64,000 bases of DNA. Source: Cyanophora paradoxa CCMP329 (lineage: Eukaryota > Plantae > Glaucophyta). The DNA lies in NCBI GenBank assembly GCA_004431415.1, contig QPMI01000400.1, positions 230,435 through 294,434 on the forward strand, written 5' to 3'. Position 1 is the first letter of the stretch. Each line of letters opens with the position of its first letter. Positions 1 to 11,300 of the stretch are shown here, piece after piece. The notes below the pieces were generated by a model that saw only the letters and a list, made by a program, of their open reading frames with translations, was not told the DNA's origin and made no database searches. The position numbers were made by a program, and so were the translations under genes.

Positions 1-1129
1 GGCGGTCACGGGCTGGTCCCTGGACCCCAGGCCTCAGCCGGCGCCGCCTGCCGCAGCGCGCTCGCCTCGTCGTCGAGCTCCTCCATCTCGTCCTGGTAGC
101 TCTCCAGGATCGGCAGCGCGTGCTGCCCGACCCCCCGGTCGGCCCGCGCAGCGGCGCTTCGCCGCGCCGGGCGGGGGGAGCTCACGCCGATGGAGGCATC
201 GATGAGGGCGCAGGCGAGGAAGGACGCGTCGTTGCTCCTGCGCGCGGCGCCGTCGGCCCGGGGCGCGCGCGGCGACTCGCGGCGGGGCGCGCATGCGCAC
301 CGGAGGCTCATTCGCGTGTCGAAGAGGTGCGCGTGGCACATGCGAAGCACGTCCCCGGTACCCGTGCAGCGCTGAGGCGGGTCAGTGGGCGGGCGGCAGC
401 GATCCGGGGCCGAACTGGGGTGCGCACGTCTGGCGCGGCCTTGGCGCGGCCCTTGCCGGGCTTCCCGACTGGGGCGGACTCCGTGATGGTGACGACGATG
501 TTGGGGGCCAGCACGATGTTCACCTGCTCCTGTGGGCCCGGCCGCTCGCTGCCGTCCGCGGCCAGAGCGGGCGGGCAGCGTTCGGGCCGGGGGCGCACGA
601 GGCGGAGGCCGCCCTTCTCGTCGCCGCCGTGCCCGTCGCCGTGGCCGTGCCCGAGGCCGTGCCCGTTGTCCTCGGCCCCCTCGAGGTGCACGACGGACGC
701 GATGAAGAAGGCCACGCGCGCCGTCACGTCCGCCTGCGCCCCGTCGGGCGGCGCGGCGCGGAGCGGTGCGGCGGCAATCACCTTCGGGCGGCTGGGCGGC
801 CGAGTAATATCGGCGATCTGGAAGTCGCTGAGCCCGAACTCCTGCTGGATCGCCTTCAAAATCCCCAAGTCAAGCCCGTCCACTTTCACTGCATGACAGT
901 GTGAGATAGATGGCGAGAACCCGCAGCGGATGAGGGGCAGCGCACCCCAGCGGACGGAGGCGCCGTCTCGCAGAGGAGCTTTGAGATCGTCGGTGAGCTC
1001 ATTCATGGAGTGCAGCTGGTCCTCGTTGATGGTCTCCGGGCCGTACTCGATGACAGTCACGGCCGAAACCAGCGGAGCGACTTCCGTGGGCTCCGGCGCC
1101 ACGAACCGCTCCGAGACCTCCTCTGCCAT
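1..1129 (-). CDS. CorA-family Mg2+/Co2+ transporter, 5' part (runs off the left edge), multi-exon
   Basis: Spliced translation MAEEVSERF...VTVIEYGPETINEDQL...VRWVKVDGLDLGILKAIQQEFGLSDFQIADITRPPSRPK...EQVNIVLAPNIVVTITES...LRSNDASFLACALIDASIGHALPILESYQDEMEELDDE resembles the CorA cytoplasmic domain. The GMN motif is expected outside the window. Confidence 0.75.
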
Positions 1130-1759
1130 CGGGGCCTCTGCGCGGCGGCGCGGGTTCGCGTGAGTGCAAAACGCAGTGGAATGGATGAAGAAAACGATTC
1201 TGGCAACCAAATAAATGGTGGTGGGTCCAGAGAACGCCGCCTTCCACAGCCCCTTCATCTTCATCAGTTTCTTCGGATGCATCGCCACGGTCGGACGCGT
1301 CGCGCTCCTGCTCATGAGGACGGAAAGAGAACGCGGAAGCGAGAGATTTCTTAATCGCCGTCGCGGGAGGCTCGCGCTCATGCTCATGCTCGGTCTCATC
1401 GCTGCGCGTGCGTGAGCGGCGCGCGCGCGGGGCGCGCCTCGAATGCCGCACGAAGAAACGGATGCAATCGTGTGCCTGGGTGCAAGTCAGTTCCTGTGCA
1501 GTTCCCTCGTGCGGCAGTCAGCCCGCGGCGCGGACGTACCGGCGGTCCAGCCGCGGCCTCGTCGTTGAGGTTTCAAATGAGCGCCGCCGATCCTGCTGCA
1601 GAGAGCGGGCGGGGCCAAGCAGGGGCGAGCGCTCTCCGTGTTCCGCGGCCGCGTGCGCGGTAGACATGCCACTGTTCGATGAAGGTCTAAACAGGAGCAA
1701 AGATCTGCATACCCCGGCCTGCGTACGGCGTGGTACCCCAGTTCGTTGCTGCAAACGCA

Positions 1760-3762
1760 ATGACGTCGTTCATCGCCGCATCTCCCTTGTCCGGTGAGCA
1801 CTCTCGCCACACATTTCGAGCTCGTGCATTTGGACGGCCCGGCGAATCGGCCTAACCGGCTTGTGCGACGTCGGCCCTTCGGCGCGCCGGTGACGCTGCG
1901 CGCGTCGCCACAGCGCGGCCTAGCAAGCATCGCGTAGGCGCGGTTTGTACGCCGCCGCCCTCGTCTTGACCCTGGCATCTTCGGCGCAGGCCGTGCCTCG
2001 GCGTCGCCGTCTGTCGCCGTTCCTCGTGGCGAAGATGCGGCCGTTTGCCGCCAGCCTTTGCGGGAGAAGGTCTGTCCGGCCCCCGCCGCCGCTGCGCCCC
2101 TAGTCGCAGCCTGACACGCGCGAAGCTGCGGGCGCGGAGTTTCTTCGGCAGGGCGACCCCCTCCAAGCAGAACACCACCGCGCAAAAGACCACTTTCAGC
2201 TGCGTCGCGTCCGCCGAGGAGAGCGATGACGGCCTGGAGGCGCTGGGAAGCAGGTGCGCTAGTGCGACGGGCTCGGCTCGGCTGTTGGACTGCCGGCTCA
2301 CTGGAGGCGCCAGGACGCCCTCGCCCGGGATGGAGCTGAAGGAGGTCACGGCGTCGCTGCCGTGGACGCACCGGAACACGCTGAAGATCGGCGTGCCGAA
2401 GGGGAGCCTGCAGGAGTCGACCTTCCGCATGCTGAGGAAGGCCGGCTACACGATGTCGCTTGCCTCGGACCGCTCTTACTTCCCCAGCGTCGACGACTCC
2501 GAGCTGGAGCCCATCATGCTGCGGTCCGTTGCGCTCTTGCCGCCCGCATCCACTTGCACAAGCTGAGCGTCCTGCCAGCGCCCAGGACATGTCGCGGTAC
2601 GTCGCGGACGGGGCCCTCGACTGCGGCATCTGCGGCAACGACTGGATCCTCGAGAACGGCCGGGACGTCGTGCGGGTTGCCCAGCTCGAGTACAGCAAGC
2701 AGGTGCCACTACCCCCCCCCCTTCCCCCCCCCTGGCCCCCCGGCTCCCCACGCCCTCCCCTGAGAGCGCACCTCTGCAGACTATGGCGCGCGTGCGCTGG
2801 GTTCTCGCTGTCCCCGGTGCGGGCCGGCGGACCGAGCGCCGCCCCGCGCACGCCGCGCCTGACGGGCCGCCGCACCGCAGAGCACTCGGGGATCAAGCGG
2901 GTGGAGGACCTGCGCGGGTGCGCGGGCCGCTCCGCGGCGGGTTCGCGGTGGAGGGGGGCGGGGCCGAGGGGGGCGGGGGCGGCAGGAAGCGGGTGGCGAC
3001 GGAGCTGCTGGAGGTGACGAAGGAGTACTTCCGCCAGAAGAACGTCGACGTCGAGGTCGAGTTCTCCTGGGGTGCGCCCCTTGCCGGCCCGCCGGCCAGC
3101 CGGCCGCCACCGCTGCTGAAGGCGGGCGGGGCCGGCGGGCAGGGGCGACGGAGGTGAAGGTGAGCGCGGGGCTGGCGGATGCGATCGTGGACCTGACGGA
3201 GACGGGCCGGAGCCTCTCGGCGAACCGCCTCATCATCCTCGACACCATCTGCTGGTCCACCACCGAGTTCATCGCCAACGAGAAGGCCTGGAGCGACCCC
3301 TGGAAGCGCCAGGTGCACACACCCCGCCCCCCCGCCCGCCGGCCGGGGCGCCGGGCCGGCTGACTGGGGCGGGGGAGCAGAAGATGGAGCAGATGGCGAT
3401 GCTGCTGCAGGGGGCCATCGCGGCGGAGGCCAAGGTCGGCCTCAAGCTCAACTGCCTCGAGAAGGACCTCCCCGCCGTCGTCGCCACCCTCCCCGCCCTC
3501 AAGCGCCCCACCGTCCGCCCCGCCCCGCCCGCCCCGCACCGCTCCGCGCCGCCCCAGCCCCCGCAGGTGTCGCCGCTGACGGAGGACGGCTGGGTCGCCG
3601 TGGAGACCATCCTGGACGAGAAGGTCGTCCGCTCCCTCATCCCCCGCCTCAAGGAGGCCGGCGCCGAGGGGCTCATCGAGTACCCGTTGAACAAAGCACG
3701 TACCCCCCTCGCCCGCTGCGGGAGCTTGGGCCCCCTCTGACACGCAGCAGGTCATCCCTTGA
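1760..3762 (+). CDS. hisG: ATP phosphoribosyltransferase, long form, with N-terminal plastid transit peptide; multi-exon
   Basis: [65 protein letters not shown], and C-terminal regulatory domain ending [20 protein letters not shown]-terminus [11 protein letters not shown]...[26 protein letters not shown]. Confidence 0.95.
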
Positions 3763-4153
3763 GACGGTCATCGCTTTTTTTTACAGTGTATAGGCTCATC
3801 ATCGGCAGTGTTAAGCAGTGGCGTTGATGCATTTACATTGATCCACGGTGCTTTCACTGGGCTCCGCATGCAGGCTCGTACACGTGCGCGTGCCCTCGTG
3901 CCACGGTGATCGGGAACCAATTGCAACGCGTACGTGCACGTGGGCGGGCGTCCTGGCACACCGTACCGCGGTAGCGGCGCCGGCGGGGGTCCTGGCACAA
4001 TTGCCCTAATCAAGAGGCTGTACTACGGTACACTGTGACAGGTCCTACGGTACCGGTACACGATCGCGCGATCATGATCAACTGCAAATGTACACTGTAC
4101 AGGGGCCCCGCGGCTCCCGGCGTGTGCGGGGCCCGGGGGCAATCCGCGATCGA

Positions 4154-5152
4154 TCATAGTTTCGCCGTGGCTTGGATGCCCGTGGCCGAAGCTGCAGCCG
4201 CGACCGCGCGCCGCGGATCGCCCAGCTCGTTCAGGAGCTTGTTCAGCCGCAGGAGAAGAATCTTGAGCTCCTCCGCTCTTGCGACCTGCAGCTCCTTCTC
4301 CGGGTCATTTCGAAGCCTGGCCTGCAGCAGATCCAGCATCTCTTCCGCACTTTTCCCTGCGAGCGTGCATTAGACATTCGGCCGAGGCCACCGGCACGGC
4401 GGCGCATGCGTGAGTAAAGAAGCTCGCACCCGTGGCGCACACTATGAAGATATAGCCGAACCTGCACACGTGGGGAGAATAAGCGCACCCGTGCTGGAAG
4501 CATGGGCCGCGACGCGCTCGAACTTTTTCAAGTATTCTTCGTTTTCCGATGCAAGCGCGTGCAGCACCTCTTCGCTCGCCTGGCTTGTGCCCGCCTGCAT
4601 TCGCGTTGTTCACGTCACGCTCAGGTGGCGCACTGGCCGCGGAATGCGGCTCACATTATGCGGGTATGCATTATGCATATGCGCATGCGCTGCCCGACGG
4701 CCGGCCGGATGGGCGCCTATAGCTAGCAGCTAGGCAGTTGCGCGGCGTACGGGCCGCGCACCTGCTCTTTCTCGGCCCATTGCTTTGTGTCCTGAAACTT
4801 CGTGCGGAGCGCATCGATGTCCCCGATCTGCGTGCACGTACGTAAGAGCGAACCGGTTTCACACGCTGAACCAGCCCGAACGTACTTTAGGGTGATGGCT
4901 AAAGCTCTCAAGCGCGTCGACGCGGTCGAGGTTGTTCCACACCGTTTCGGCAAACGCGAGCAGCGCTCCGAGCGATGGGAACGGCCGGTGCGCCATCTGC
5001 CGGACGGTTCGGCCACGACTGGATGGCGGCGGGGCGGGCGGCGCATTCACCAGTCTCTCGCACCATCGTCGGGAGCCGCAGCACTTGAAGAGGCTCTCGT
5101 AGCAGTCCCGCGGGGGCATCGTGTTCAGCGCCATAAACCCCTGCCCGGACAT
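4154..5152 (-). CDS. uraD: OHCU decarboxylase (urate catabolism) with C-terminal PTS1 (AKL)
   Basis: CCGSRRW, RPFPS, ESFSHHPKIGD, EQAG, KFGYIFIVCATGKSAEEMLDLLQARLRND, EELKILLLRL; ends ...TAKL*. Confidence 0.9.
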
Positions 5153-5309
5153 CGCAGCAGAACACGTTCACGCGCTCAAGCCGCCTTGAAGTCGGCGCTG
5201 AGTCGGACTGTCGGAGTGACGGAGTCTCAGGGGGGGTAGACCGTTCGAAGCGCGAGCCCGCCCATTTCACGGCCACCGCCCCGCCCGAGCGCGCGGAGCG
5301 CTGGGGAAC
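5153..5309. promoter_or_regulatory. Putative bidirectional promoter, uraD / ATR
   Basis: Only 157 bp separate the divergent predicted start codons. Confidence 0.5.
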
Positions 5310-8300
5310 ATGCCTCTGCAGGACGCACAGTCCCCAGAGCCTCAAGCAATCGTCCCGGCGGGCGAGCCCCCGCCGCCGCCGCCCCCGCCTCCCAGCATCG
5401 GCCCGGATGGCCAAGCCCCGCGCCCCACCAGTCTCAAGACGTTTTCCACGTGGTGTACATCGCATGGAGTAGCTCTGCTCGCTTCGCAGCAGCCGGCGGA
5501 CCTCGAGCGGTTCGACGCGGCCGTGCGGCCCTGGCTGGCGTTCTTTTTGAAGCACTACCTTGGCCGGAAGATCTTTACGAAGATCAGGATTCGGGAAGGT
5601 GCGGCGCATGCTGCCGCACGCGCCCCGCTGTTCGCTGCAGCTAAGTGCGCGTTCGCTTTCGGCCGGCAGACGACGTCCCCTCGCAGCAAGTCCTTGTCTT
5701 ACGCTTCATCGAATGGTTTCTGATGAGGCGTATTGCGGCTGTTGGTGGCGACGGCGACCCTGTGAAAGTGGGCAACGTACTTTTTTCTCTCCTGGCGAAC
5801 ATTGGAGAAGCCGTCTCTCCAGCCATCATTTCGAGCACTGCCGAAGCCATCTACCAGACCTTACATGTCGGCTTCCTGGGCTCAAGGCAGGGCGCTTGGC
5901 CGCTTGCCCTCGCCGCAGCTGAAGATTTGATCGCCGTGCTTGAAGGCGAGAACGACCCATGCTGATCCTGCACACGCCGCGTTCGCTGACTGCATCTCAG
6001 ACCTTGCAGTTGTTGATGAGCACTTGTCCTCAAAACTTCGTCCCGGCGAGGATCCTGAGGGGTGCACATGCAAGTTTCCGCTCGAAGATGGCCCGGAGGC
6101 AATCATCCATCCCTTCGCTTCTTTTGTGGCCGCCACGCGTTCTCGCTGCGACTCGAACCAGCTTGAGGCGCCGATCCCCCTCGAGATCTGCTGCCTTGAA
6201 CGAGTTGCGCGCTTCCAAGTGGGCGTAACTTTTGCCATTTACCGGCTTGTTAGCGATCTGGCCCCTGCCTTCAATCCGATTTCGTACCGCCTGTGGCCGG
6301 TACTTGCAAATCAGTTGAAACTTGGACCTCCCGCCGTCAAAGTCGTGCGCTCTTGTTTATCGTGGCCACACGTGCCAGGATGGCCTTGTGGTGATCATTC
6401 GCTCTTGCCAGATTTCACTTCAAGCCGCAACCGTCCTCGCGCAGCATTTTGAGGTTCCAAGAGAGACCGCTGGCCATGTTGCCTCTGCCTCGTCTGTAGT
6501 GCTCATCATGGCCGCTGTCGACTCCCCTGTCTTCGCTTCTCTTCGGTGCTACGCTGCTTGGCTGTCAAGATCTTTGAGCTTTTGACACAGGCTCTAATCG
6601 TTCCTGATGCTGGCCAGATCCATCGAGGGCGCGCAGCACTTAGCCGCGTGGCTATCTTGTCTGGCTAGCCGTCTGGATCCCGACATCCTGCGCATCGGAT
6701 TCTCCTCTGCTGTGGATGCCTGCTGCAAGATCGTCCTCTCGCCCGACGTTGCAGAGACCCTCAAAGTATGTCATTCTGTTGCTGCGCGCGCCCCGTCGGC
6801 TTTCGAGGATTAATCTATGGATGCAGGTGGCCGTTTGCGAGCTGCTCACCGTCCTTGTGACGGGCAGTTCTGCAGGAGCGGTGGGCCAAGCCGTCCGGCA
6901 GCGGGTCACATCGTCAGCGCCGATGTTAGCGCCCATCCTGCACAACTGCACCAGCAGTGTGCGTGCGGCAGTCATCGCTTTCCTGCAAGCGTCGGTGTTT
7001 GGCACCCGGCTTGCAGCGGACAAATCTGTTGCAGCCGCCGGCGGGGGCACGCTCTCTCCGGACAACTCACAGAGCCCGCGCCGGCGCGCCGGCTCGCCAC
7101 CACTGCAGAAGCGTCGTCGTTTTTCAGGTGTCGACTCTGCCGAGCGGCGGCCTGCAGATCCGGAGCCGCTGGTGGCGCCTCCCCCGCCGCTGGGAGCAGA
7201 GGTGGCGATAGATGCTGTCATCGACCTCACTGGCGACGACGACGAGCCGCCCCGGCAAGAGCCGACGGAACCTCGTGGCCCTCCCTCGCGTCGCGGGAAC
7301 ACAGCACTCGCGGCAGAAACTGGAGCTGGACCCAGCAAGCCTGCACGCACACCTGCAGCCTCGGCTCGCCTTCTGACAGGTCGCCGGCCGCCAAGGACGC
7401 CGCGCTCCGGAGGTCGTCCCACTGGCCTCCCCCTTCCTATTCCCCTGGATCTCGACAGTTCGCTCGTTGAGTCCGTGATTCACATCCTCTTCCCCCCGGG
7501 ACCGCTGCCTGCAGCTGCTCCTCCCGATCCTCCTGTTCCTTCCGATCTTCCCACCCGTCTTTGGCTGGCCGATGCTTGTGTCCGCCTCTTCCGGTCCCGC
7601 ATCTCCGCTCTTCGGGCGCTCTCCAGTGGCGTTTCGATTCCCGAACGCGTCTTCGCTCTTGTCGAGGCTGCGGTATCAGAACTTTTTGCGGTGCGCAACG
7701 TCCACTACACGCTCGCTTCCTTCAAAATTTGCTTGTCACTAATATTGCGATGCAGAACCCAGCGGTGATCTCTCCGGCGATGTCGTTGTGCGAGGCTCTT
7801 CTCGGGACGTTAGGTGCACGCGCAGAACCGCTCCATGTTTCTGCTTTCGACTCTCATGATCATGTGCATCCTGCATCGCAGCCCAAGGCGACCTCGCGCC
7901 GATCAACGAGAAGATGCTTGCACTCGCCCTTGCTCCATGGACTTCCCACGTCTCAGATCCTCTCTCCTGTGCGTTTGAACTCGCTTGCTTTTTTATTTGC
8001 TCGCCTAATGTATATGGCATTGATCCACGAGCGACACGACAGACGAGACACGAGCGACGAGTCTTCGTGTGCTTTCCAACCTGCCCGGAGCCATGGGCAT
8101 TGTGGAACGGGCCACCGCTATCCGTTCCGCCATTACGCATTGCCAAGCTGCCATACGGGTTGCGGGGTTGCAGGCGGCCTGTGTTCTTGTCCGCCACAGT
8201 CTTGCAATTGGCTCTGCGGCCGCTGGCTTCGTCGACGCTGAACAAATTCTCTTCAAAGCTGTCGTGTAAGCCTGATTTTACTCTCCCCTAAATGCGAATT

Positions 8301-11300
8301 GCAAGATAACGTTTTTTAACCGTACCTCCTCGCAGTGCGGCAGCGGACGATGCGGAGCACGTGGTACAAGAGGCAGCGGCGCGCGCTTTCGGGGCGCTCG
8401 CCTGCTTGATCAACGGGGACTGTGAGGTCCCACCCTCGTCGACTCCGTGCCTCTCTATCGACGAGCATCCTGCCGGCGATACCGGCTTTGTTCCGCAGTG
8501 CAACTCGTGCGATAGCGACCAGAGTAAACTCTCACAGGCCCTCAATCTTCCGGAGGCAAGCCGCCGCCTTGCCGAGCTTTCGTCGGGCGCGCTTTCCTTT
8601 GAGCTATGGGCTCCTTTTGAGCGCCTACTCGACGACGTGCACCCTGTCCCTGTTCGTGTCGAAGCGCTCGACTCCTTCCGCCGCCTTTTCCGCCACACCG
8701 GTTGCACTGCAGCCGCTAAGGACATCACCCAGCGCATCTTCAACATGACCTTCAAGGATGCAGACCGTGACGTACGCCTTGCCGGCGGCTTCTGCCTTCC
8801 CGTCATTGCCTACACCCAGGGGGCCCTCATCGAGGAGCTGGGGCCACCAAGCGCCACACAGCAGGCTCAGCACGCCATTCAGAGCGCCACGGAGGGTATC
8901 GCGACGAAGGTTGTCATGATTACGCAGGAGCTGGAGAGAGCGGCGAAGGCGAAGAAAGAGAGAGACGACAAGAGCTGGAAGGAGGCGGCCGACCAGCTGG
9001 AGACGGCAGTATACGCTCTCGGGGTGCTTGCCTCTGCGGCACTGAAGCGGCCGTCTGGCAAGACCTTGGGAATGTACGGGCGCAGGTTGGTGCGCCTCCT
9101 CTCAAGCGAGCACATGCTTGTGTCGAATGCAGCTGCGGACACGCTGTGGTCAATGGCGAATCTCCGGGGCCAGAGCATCTCCGACTTCGTTCTCGAGCAA
9201 CGCGAATGGATTTTCAGCGCCCTTTTCTTCAACAACAGCTTCTTGGACACGCCCCGCGTCGCTGAGAACTTCGTGTCGGTTGTTGGCGGGCACGGCTCGC
9301 TCCGGGAGTATCTCGTTGCGAACGCGCACCACATCTTCCCTGTCGTCATGCGCTTTTGCGTCGAAGGGCGCGCCCCGACCCGCTCCTCTCCGACATCGCA
9401 TCTAGATTTGATGGCGGGGGCGCAGGAAGAGTGACGATTCGATACCGATACAGCTTGCCAGGGTGATGGGGCGGAATGTCGGCGAAGTGATCTGCGAGAA
9501 CACTCAGCACAGTGCGTTGCTGCCCCCGCCGCGTTGTCCACGGACTCATGCACCCTCAGTCCTTTCCTACCTACTCATCAACGCCGAAAACTTGAAGGAG
9601 ATGGACAGATTCCTCCAGTTCATGCAAGATATGGCGCGCACGCCCCGCCTGCGTGTACGGCCCCTTCCCAGTCTTACGCCGAGCGCCAGACAAGCCTTAG
9701 CCCGAACGAGATCCTGAGGGCGAAGCTCTCGGACCTGACGACCGAGGTTGTCCTCTTCCTCGGCGACGAGAGCCCCTCGCTGCGGGATCGGGCCCTGCGT
9801 GGCCTGAGGATGATTGCGACTTCGTTCACAACTGCCGGGTCTTCCCGCGCATTGGAACTGGCGCGGGATGGCGAGAAGGCGAGGGCGGCGATGCAGGACT
9901 TCCTCGTCAAGCAACACCTCTCCATAATCTACGATATCAACGGCCGCATTCGCCCCAAGGCGTGCACCTCCCTTTCGTTTCCGCTCTCTACCCAGCCCGC
10001 CCCATGCATGTAGCTGAAGGTGGTGCAGACAAGCGGAGTGTCGACAGCGGAGAAGGTGCAGGCATTGCGAGCCTTGGCGAAGACACTCGAGTATATCGGG
10101 GACCGGGCGGAGACGTTCGCCTCCAAAGTCCTTGCCACCATCACCCTGGCCTTCCGTCAAGCGCCCTACCCCGTCCGCCTGGCCGGCGCCCACTGTCTTA
10201 AGGCCTTTGCAGAGTGCGCCCGGCTGCGCGCCCCCGTTGCGCCATCCGCTGACCCTTAGGACAGGCGGATCCCGCCGGAGGTGCTGGGCCCCATCCTGGG
10301 CCAGCTGGTCGTCAACGCGCTGCCGACGGTGAAGGCGGAGGCCGGGACTCCTGTGGCGCCCGGGGTGGAGACGGCTGGCGGGGTGGTGCTGGAGGTGCTG
10401 CGCTACCTCATCGTCGACCGCCTGGAGACCTTCAAAGGGCACTTCGCGGACATCCCGCCCGTGGACGAGAGCATCGCCGGCCTCGAGCCCGTCGTCCGCG
10501 TCCTCCGCGAGCACGGCAAGCAGGCCGTGGGCACGGACGAGAGGGTCGAGCTCCTCGTCAGGTGCACGCGGCACGAGAACCCCACCGTGCGCTGCATGGC
10601 CCTCGAGCAGCTGGCCGTCACCCTCGAGGGCTCCGGCGCCCCCTGGATCCTCGGCCAGACCCGTGCCGAAGCCCTCGACGACCGCACCCTCTCCCTCATC
10701 GACGCCCTTCTCAAGTGCGGCGCCACGCCCCGAGCCCCTCGCACCAGGGCGCCGGCAGCTGACGGGGGCGCAGGGCGTGCTCGGACGGGGCGCAGGCGGC
10801 GCGGCCACTGGCCGCGCGGTGCCTCGGGCTCGTGGGCGCCGTGGACCCGGCGAGGGTCGGGGCGAGGGAGGAGGAGGCGCGCCCCGAGCTGGAGGCGACG
10901 GACGGCGTCATCTCCTCAAAGCTCATCACCGACTGTCTCGCGCGCATCCTCCGCTCGGCGGAGAGCACGTCGCTGCAGGACGGGGCCGCCGCCGCCATCC
11001 AGCACATCCTGCCCCACATGGGCGTGACGCAGGAGGTGCCGCAGCTCGTGCGGCAGGGGGCCCTCGGGGAGGGCCCGGGGAGGGAGCTGCTGCAGGGCAA
11101 CTCCGCGCTGCGGGAAGCCTGCGAGTGGTGGAACTCGCTCGCCGACGAGGACCCCGCCGCCGACATCACGTCCCTCATCGAGCCGTACATCAGCTCGAAG
11201 TCAGTCCGCCCACAGTCGCCACCGCGCCTCCGCTCCAGCCCCAACCGCCCCGCAGGTACTCGTTGAAAGATCCAAAACTGGTCGCCAGGGATCATGGCGC

